Part shown: positions 59,941 to 64,000 of the stretch, piece after piece
Layout of the letters: each line of letters opens with the position of its first letter
Position numbering within the stretch: the first letter of the stretch is position 1
From: an uncultured Acidobacteriota bacterium
GTDB lineage: Bacteria > Acidobacteriota > Thermoanaerobaculia > UBA5066
Length of the DNA: 64,000 nt
Direction of reading: 5' to 3'
NCBI GenBank assembly: GCA_963779415.1
Contig: CAVZYA010000002.1
Coordinates: forward strand, 320,001 to 384,000
Made by a program: the position numbers and the translations under genes
Notes under the pieces: generated by a model
The model's input: only the letters and a program-made list of their open reading frames with translations
What the model was told of the DNA's origin: nothing
Database searches by the model: none

Positions 59941-60551
59941 CGGACGAAGCCGGCGAGCCGGAGGGCGGCGGCCACGACCGCCTCTCGCGAGGCGCTCGCG
60001 AGTCCTTCCACCGGAGAGCTCCCGTTCGTCCCCGCGCGGAGCGCCACTACCGAGCTGTCGAGGACGCTCACGATCATCCGGGCCGCATCCGCCGGCGGAA
60101 GGCCGCGCGGCGGTCCGCCGTTGGCTCCCCCGCCGAGCGTGCGGCGGAGGATCGCGACCCGTGTGTCCTCTTCGGGCGCTTCCGTCGCGGCCGGAGCGGG
60201 ACCTGCCAGGCGGTCGAGCAGGGAGAGGCGCGCGAGGCTCGGGCGGGAGACGCCGAAGTCCCAGAGCTGCCCCACGAGCCGCGAAAGCCGCTCGGCCGGA
60301 GTTCCCGTCCCGTCGACGGCGGGAAGAGAGCCGGCTCCCGCCCGCCCGAGAACGGCGCGGTAGAGCCCTTCCTTGTTTCCGAAGTGGTAGTGGAGGGTCG
60401 CGACGTTCACGCCCGCCCGCGAGGCCACCTGTCGCGTCGTCGCCCCCGCGAAGCCGGCGCTCGCGAAGCACGCTTCCGCGGCCTCGAGGATTCCCCGGCG
60501 CGTTTCCGCCGGATCCCCGTCTCGCGGCCGCCCCACGGATTTCTTTTCCAT
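59937..60551 (-). CDS. TetR/AcrR family regulator
   Basis: GRPR...TRRGILEAA..CF...GFAGATTRQVASRAGVNVATLHYHFGNKEGL. Confidence 0.9.
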   Translation of the reverse strand: MEKKSVGRPRDGDPAETRRGILEAAEACFASAGFAGATTRQVASRAGVNVATLHYHFGNKEGLYRAVLGRAGAGSLPAVDGTGTPAERLSRLVGQLWDFGVSRPSLARLSLLDRLAGPAPAATEAPEEDTRVAILRRTLGGGANGGPPRGLPPADAARMIVSVLDSSVVALRAGTNGSSPVEGLASASREAVVAAALRLAGFVR

Positions 60552-60675
60552 CGACTGAGTCTCCGTTGCAACTTCCCCGGGGGGATTGTAGCGGATCTCG
60601 ACGAGGCCGCGCCAGGGCGTCCGCCGGGCGCGTCCGGGCCGTCCCGGCGTGGAATCGGGATACGCTCGGCCCCGG

Positions 60676-61515
60676 GTGAGCCCCGCCAACGTCCTGCTCC
60701 GGGTCCGCCACGCCCGGGAGAACGATCTCCCGACGGACGCGGCGGATTTTCGCCACGCCTTCGCGACCGACCCCGAGGGGGTTTTCGCGGCCGGGGCCGA
60801 AGGGGCGGCGCCGGAAGGGCTCGCGGCGGGCGTGGTCCGGGGCGACCTCCTGCAGATCGTCCACCTCGAGGTCTCGCGCTCCGCGCGTGGGCGTGGCGTC
60901 GGGGCGGCGCTCTTTGCCTCCGTTCGCGGCTATGGCGCCTCGCGCGGCACCCGGGGGGTCGAGTTCGCGCAGGGGACCGACGAGGCGACGCTCGGATTCC
61001 TCCTTGGTCTCGGTCTCCCGATCCGGGGCGTCGCCGTCCGGCTGCGCACGCGGACGCTCCGGGCCGGCGCCGGGGTTCCCCTTCTTCTCGTCCCCGTTCC
61101 TCCCGGCGCCCCTTTCTCGGGGTGGGTCGCCGATCTCGACCGGGAGACGCGCGGCTTCGCGAGGATTCCGGACTGGGCGTACTGGGCACGCCGGGGAGGT
61201 CTGCTCTTCTCGACGCGGCGCCGCGGACGGCCTGAGGCGATCGGCGCCCTGACCACGACGGGCCGGGAGGCCACGGTCGGCCCTGTCGTCGCCGCGACAC
61301 CGGAAGGGGCCGCCGGGCTTCTCCTCGCCCTCGCGGCAGAGGCGGTCCGGCGGGGGGCGGGTGAAATTCGCGTCACGATTCCCGCCGAGGCCCGTCTTCT
61401 CCTCGAGCGCGTCCTCGTCTGCGGCTTCCGCGTCGAGGGGACCTTCCCGCTCCTTTCGACCCGCGCCCGGGGCGATCTCCGCCGGTACGCCGCCTCGCCG
61501 ACCGCCTTCTTCTGA
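60676..61515 (+). CDS. GNAT-family acetyltransferase (two-domain)
   Basis: LEVSRSARGRGVGAAL acetyl-CoA motif; second domain with VGPVVA. Confidence 0.75.
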   Translation: MSPANVLLRVRHARENDLPTDAADFRHAFATDPEGVFAAGAEGAAPEGLAAGVVRGDLLQIVHLEVSRSARGRGVGAALFASVRGYGASRGTRGVEFAQGTDEATLGFLLGLGLPIRGVAVRLRTRTLRAGAGVPLLLVPVPPGAPFSGWVADLDRETRGFARIPDWAYWARRGGLLFSTRRRGRPEAIGALTTTGREATVGPVVAATPEGAAGLLLALAAEAVRRGAGEIRVTIPAEARLLLERVLVCGFRVEGTFPLLSTRARGDLRRYAASPTAFF

Positions 61516-61614
61516 CCGCGAAAGGCGCCGTCACTTCCAGGAAGAGACTCCGGCGTTCCCGCCCCCCGGTCCCTTGGTCCGGAGAGAGAATCACCGCCCG
61601 AAAGAGAGGACGCC

Positions 61615-62880
61615 ATGCGCCCAGGCCGAATCCCGCTTCTCGCCCTTCTTTTCGCCCTCCTCTTCACCGCCTCGCCGCTCGCCGCCGTGGACAGCCCCGC
61701 GGTCTCGCAGGGGCTCGTCACGTCCGGCCACGCCACAGGCTCGCACGGCGAGCAGTTCGTCACGTCGCTCCGGATCGTGAACGACAACGCCGCGGCGGCG
61801 ACCGTGGACGTGACGTACTACCCCCGCGTCACCTTCGACAAGCCGTCGGCGTCCGCGTCGGCCGACAACACGTTCAACGTACTGACGGCGACCGTCACGG
61901 TCCCGGCGAGGAGGACCTACGCCGTCGACGACGCTCTCGGGACGCTCTTCGGGATCACCTCGACCTCGGCGTCCGGCGCCCTCTGGATCGACTCCCGTAC
62001 CGTCGTGCCGCTCTCGGTCCTCTCCGAGACCCTCGTCGTGAACGCGCGTGGCCTCGACCCGCAGGGGAACCCCGTCAGCGGAACGTACGGGTTCGCCATC
62101 CCCGGCCAGATCCCGGAGAACGCCCTCGCCATCGGAGACGTCGGATACGTTCCCTATCTCGCGGGCTCGTCGACGACGACGCAAGGCTACCGGTCCAACC
62201 TCTTCCTCTTCGCGGCGAACGGGGAGACGAACACGGTCGTGAACGTGAAGCTCGTGCGCGGCGCGGACGGGACGACGGTCGGCTCGCGCGACGTCACGCT
62301 CGGCAAGTGGGTCCAGACCCAGATCAACGACATGGCCGGCTTCTTCGGCCTTTCCGAGACGAATACGAATCTCACGGTCGTCCTCACCGTCAAGAGCGGC
62401 GGGCCGGTCTTCACCGGCGCCTCCGTCAACGACAACGGCACCGGCTCACAGGTCTATGCCCCGCCGACGAAGCGTTGGGCTCCGCGAGACGCGTCGTTCG
62501 GCCTCCTTCTCGTCGACGGCGGCTTCGGGTTCTCGGGCCGGCTCGACATCCGGCCCGACGGCCTCGCGGACTTTCTCACGGCGACGGTCGCCCTCCCCAC
62601 ATGCGATCCCTCCACGGGGAACGTCTTCCTTCTGATCGCCGGCAACACGGACTCGCTCGCGAACACCACGTTCACGCGGAACGCCGACGGCTCGACCAGC
62701 TTCAACGGCGGCGACTCCGCCTCCACATGGTCCGGCTCCTTCGCCTACAACGCCGACGGGTCGATCCAGGGAAACCTCACGTACACTCGGCTGAGCGGCT
62801 CGGCCGGCAGCCCCTGCCCCGGCGGCACGACGACGATGCCGTTCGTCGGAGGGAGAATCATCGCGTATGGGATCTTCTGA
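61615..62880 (+). CDS. Secreted protein carrying the shared lineage-specific domain
   Basis: Signal peptide; GEQFVTSLRIVN, GTYGFAIPG, GYRSNL, SVNDNGTG motifs shared with the 1365 and 51361 proteins. Confidence 0.7.
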   Translation: MRPGRIPLLALLFALLFTASPLAAVDSPAVSQGLVTSGHATGSHGEQFVTSLRIVNDNAAAATVDVTYYPRVTFDKPSASASADNTFNVLTATVTVPARRTYAVDDALGTLFGITSTSASGALWIDSRTVVPLSVLSETLVVNARGLDPQGNPVSGTYGFAIPGQIPENALAIGDVGYVPYLAGSSTTTQGYRSNLFLFAANGETNTVVNVKLVRGADGTTVGSRDVTLGKWVQTQINDMAGFFGLSETNTNLTVVLTVKSGGPVFTGASVNDNGTGSQVYAPPTKRWAPRDASFGLLLVDGGFGFSGRLDIRPDGLADFLTATVALPTCDPSTGNVFLLIAGNTDSLANTTFTRNADGSTSFNGGDSASTWSGSFAYNADGSIQGNLTYTRLSGSAGSPCPGGTTTMPFVGGRIIAYGIF

Positions 62881-63259
62881 GGTCGCCCTCGCGTCCGGCT
62901 CCGGCCGTCCGCGGGCGTTCCTCGCCGCCCTGATTCTCGTTCCCGTCTTCGCCGCGCCGCTTTGGGGGGCGGACCTCTATGGCAAGCCGCTTCGCGGCCT
63001 TTCGGCCGTCCCCGTACGCGACGTCGTGGCGAATCCCGGAAGGTACGCCGACCGCGACGTCCGGGTGGCAGGCGAGAACGCCGGCTCCGACGGCAAGCCG
63101 GCGTTCCGGGACGGCGAGGCTGTCCTTCCCATCGTGACGGACGGATCGTTCCGTCTCCCCGAGGGTCTCGTCGGCGCCCGGCTCGCCGCCGAAGGACGGG
63201 TGAAGCAAACCGGAGGGTCGGTCGTCTTCGTCGCCTCCGGCGTGGAGGTGACCCGATGA
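62867..63259 (+). CDS. Small exported hypothetical protein
   Basis: Signal-like segment; YGKPL...V.DVVANP..Y....VRVAG. Confidence 0.55.
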   Translation: MGSSEVALASGSGRPRAFLAALILVPVFAAPLWGADLYGKPLRGLSAVPVRDVVANPGRYADRDVRVAGENAGSDGKPAFRDGEAVLPIVTDGSFRLPEGLVGARLAAEGRVKQTGGSVVFVASGVEVTR

Positions 63260-63774
63260 ATCGTCTGGAAATCGTCCTTCTGGCCGTGGCGCTGGCCGTC
63301 GCCGGGTGCCGGCGCGCCGAAGAGACGCGGATTCTGAACTTCGATCCCGAGACGACGGCCGGACACCTCGTCTCCGGCTGGTCCGGCTGGGAGAAGACCC
63401 CCGAGGGAGACTCGTTCGTCTGGGCCGAGGCGCGCGAGGCGAAGGTCAAGGTGACGAACGAGGGCGGAAGCGACCGGGTCGTCCGCTTCCGGGCCTCCGG
63501 CTTCGTCTATCCGGACTCGCCCGAGCAGAAGGTGACCCTCTTCGTCAATGGAACGCGCGTCGACGCCGCCGGCCTCTACCGCGAGCCACACGTCGTCTCG
63601 TTCGTCGTCCCGAAGGCCCTCTGGAGAAAAGGGGAGAACGAGCTGAAGTTCGAGTTCCTCTGGACCGCGTCGCCGAAGGACCGGGTGCCGGGAGCGTCGG
63701 ACCCGAGGACGCTCGCCGCCGCGTTCGACTGGATCGAGATCCTTCCGCCCCCGACGTCGCCCCCGTCGAAGTGA
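63256..63774 (+). CDS. Putative lipoprotein
   Basis: Lipobox VAGC; GWSGWE...FVWA, DPRTLAAAFD beta-sandwich-like motifs; ATGA overlap. Confidence 0.7.
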   Translation: MNRLEIVLLAVALAVAGCRRAEETRILNFDPETTAGHLVSGWSGWEKTPEGDSFVWAEAREAKVKVTNEGGSDRVVRFRASGFVYPDSPEQKVTLFVNGTRVDAAGLYREPHVVSFVVPKALWRKGENELKFEFLWTASPKDRVPGASDPRTLAAAFDWIEILPPPTSPPSK

Positions 63775-63777
63775 GGG

Positions 63778-64000
63778 TTAAGGCCTCCCGGTTCTCGTCT
63801 CGTGGGCCGCGGCCGGGGCCACCTCCAGGATCACGGCGAAGATCTCACCGGCCGCGCCCTCCCGTCGGCCGTTCCGGAAAACATAGTGCTCGCCCTCTTT
63901 CGTCCGGAGCGACCACTCGTAGCAGGTCGCCGGGACGAGGGAATCGCGGCAGACCCGGCGGTGGGAAGCGATCCGGGCCACGGGGAGGACGAGATTCCGG
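63778..64000 (-). CDS. 3' end of a hypothetical gene extending beyond the window
   Basis: Open frame runs to the window edge; convergent with the lipoprotein gene. Confidence 0.4.
   Translation of the reverse strand, partial: RNLVLPVARIASHRRVCRDSLVPATCYEWSLRTKEGEHYVFRNGRREGAAGEIFAVILEVAPAAAHETRTGRP

Noticed and set aside
57435-61235. 1266-aa ORF suggesting a giant amidohydrolase fusion
   Set aside because: Caused by the frameshift at 58418-58424; the tail is an off-frame read through the symporter, TetR and GNAT genes.

Overview
High-GC bacterial chromosomal window, probably Acidobacteriota (Thermoanaerobaculia-like; inferred from gene content and recurring secreted-protein domains, not from a database search). 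Housekeeping backbone: fused 2-oxoacid dehydrogenase E1, pyrK-pyrD-pyrF, lepA-lepB, rpsU-mutS2-dnaG-rpoD-tRNA(CAT), photolyase, Fur, class II RNR nrdJ with tandem NrdR boxes, and ErpA/SufT Fe-S genes. Accessory parts: a direct-repeat-flanked, disrupted Asp-box beta-propeller gene, a decayed IS1595-family island with passenger genes, and a lower-GC island with a Vgb-like propeller, a secreted subtilase and an AraC-type HTH. Best novelty candidates: (1) a 2-TM + HAMP membrane sensor fused directly to a RelA/SpoT (p)ppGpp synthetase domain (14525-16108); (2) an unannotated 68-aa membrane microprotein with an in-frame UGA and a SECIS-like hairpin, coupled to a DUF302 gene (43333-43539); (3) a prephenate dehydratase-DAHP synthase-chorismate mutase triple fusion under a Phe/Tyr leader-peptide attenuator; (4) a YjzC-like microprotein nested antisense in an IS passenger gene; (5) pervasive leaderless-gene architecture. 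All family calls come from motif recognition by eye; no searches were run.
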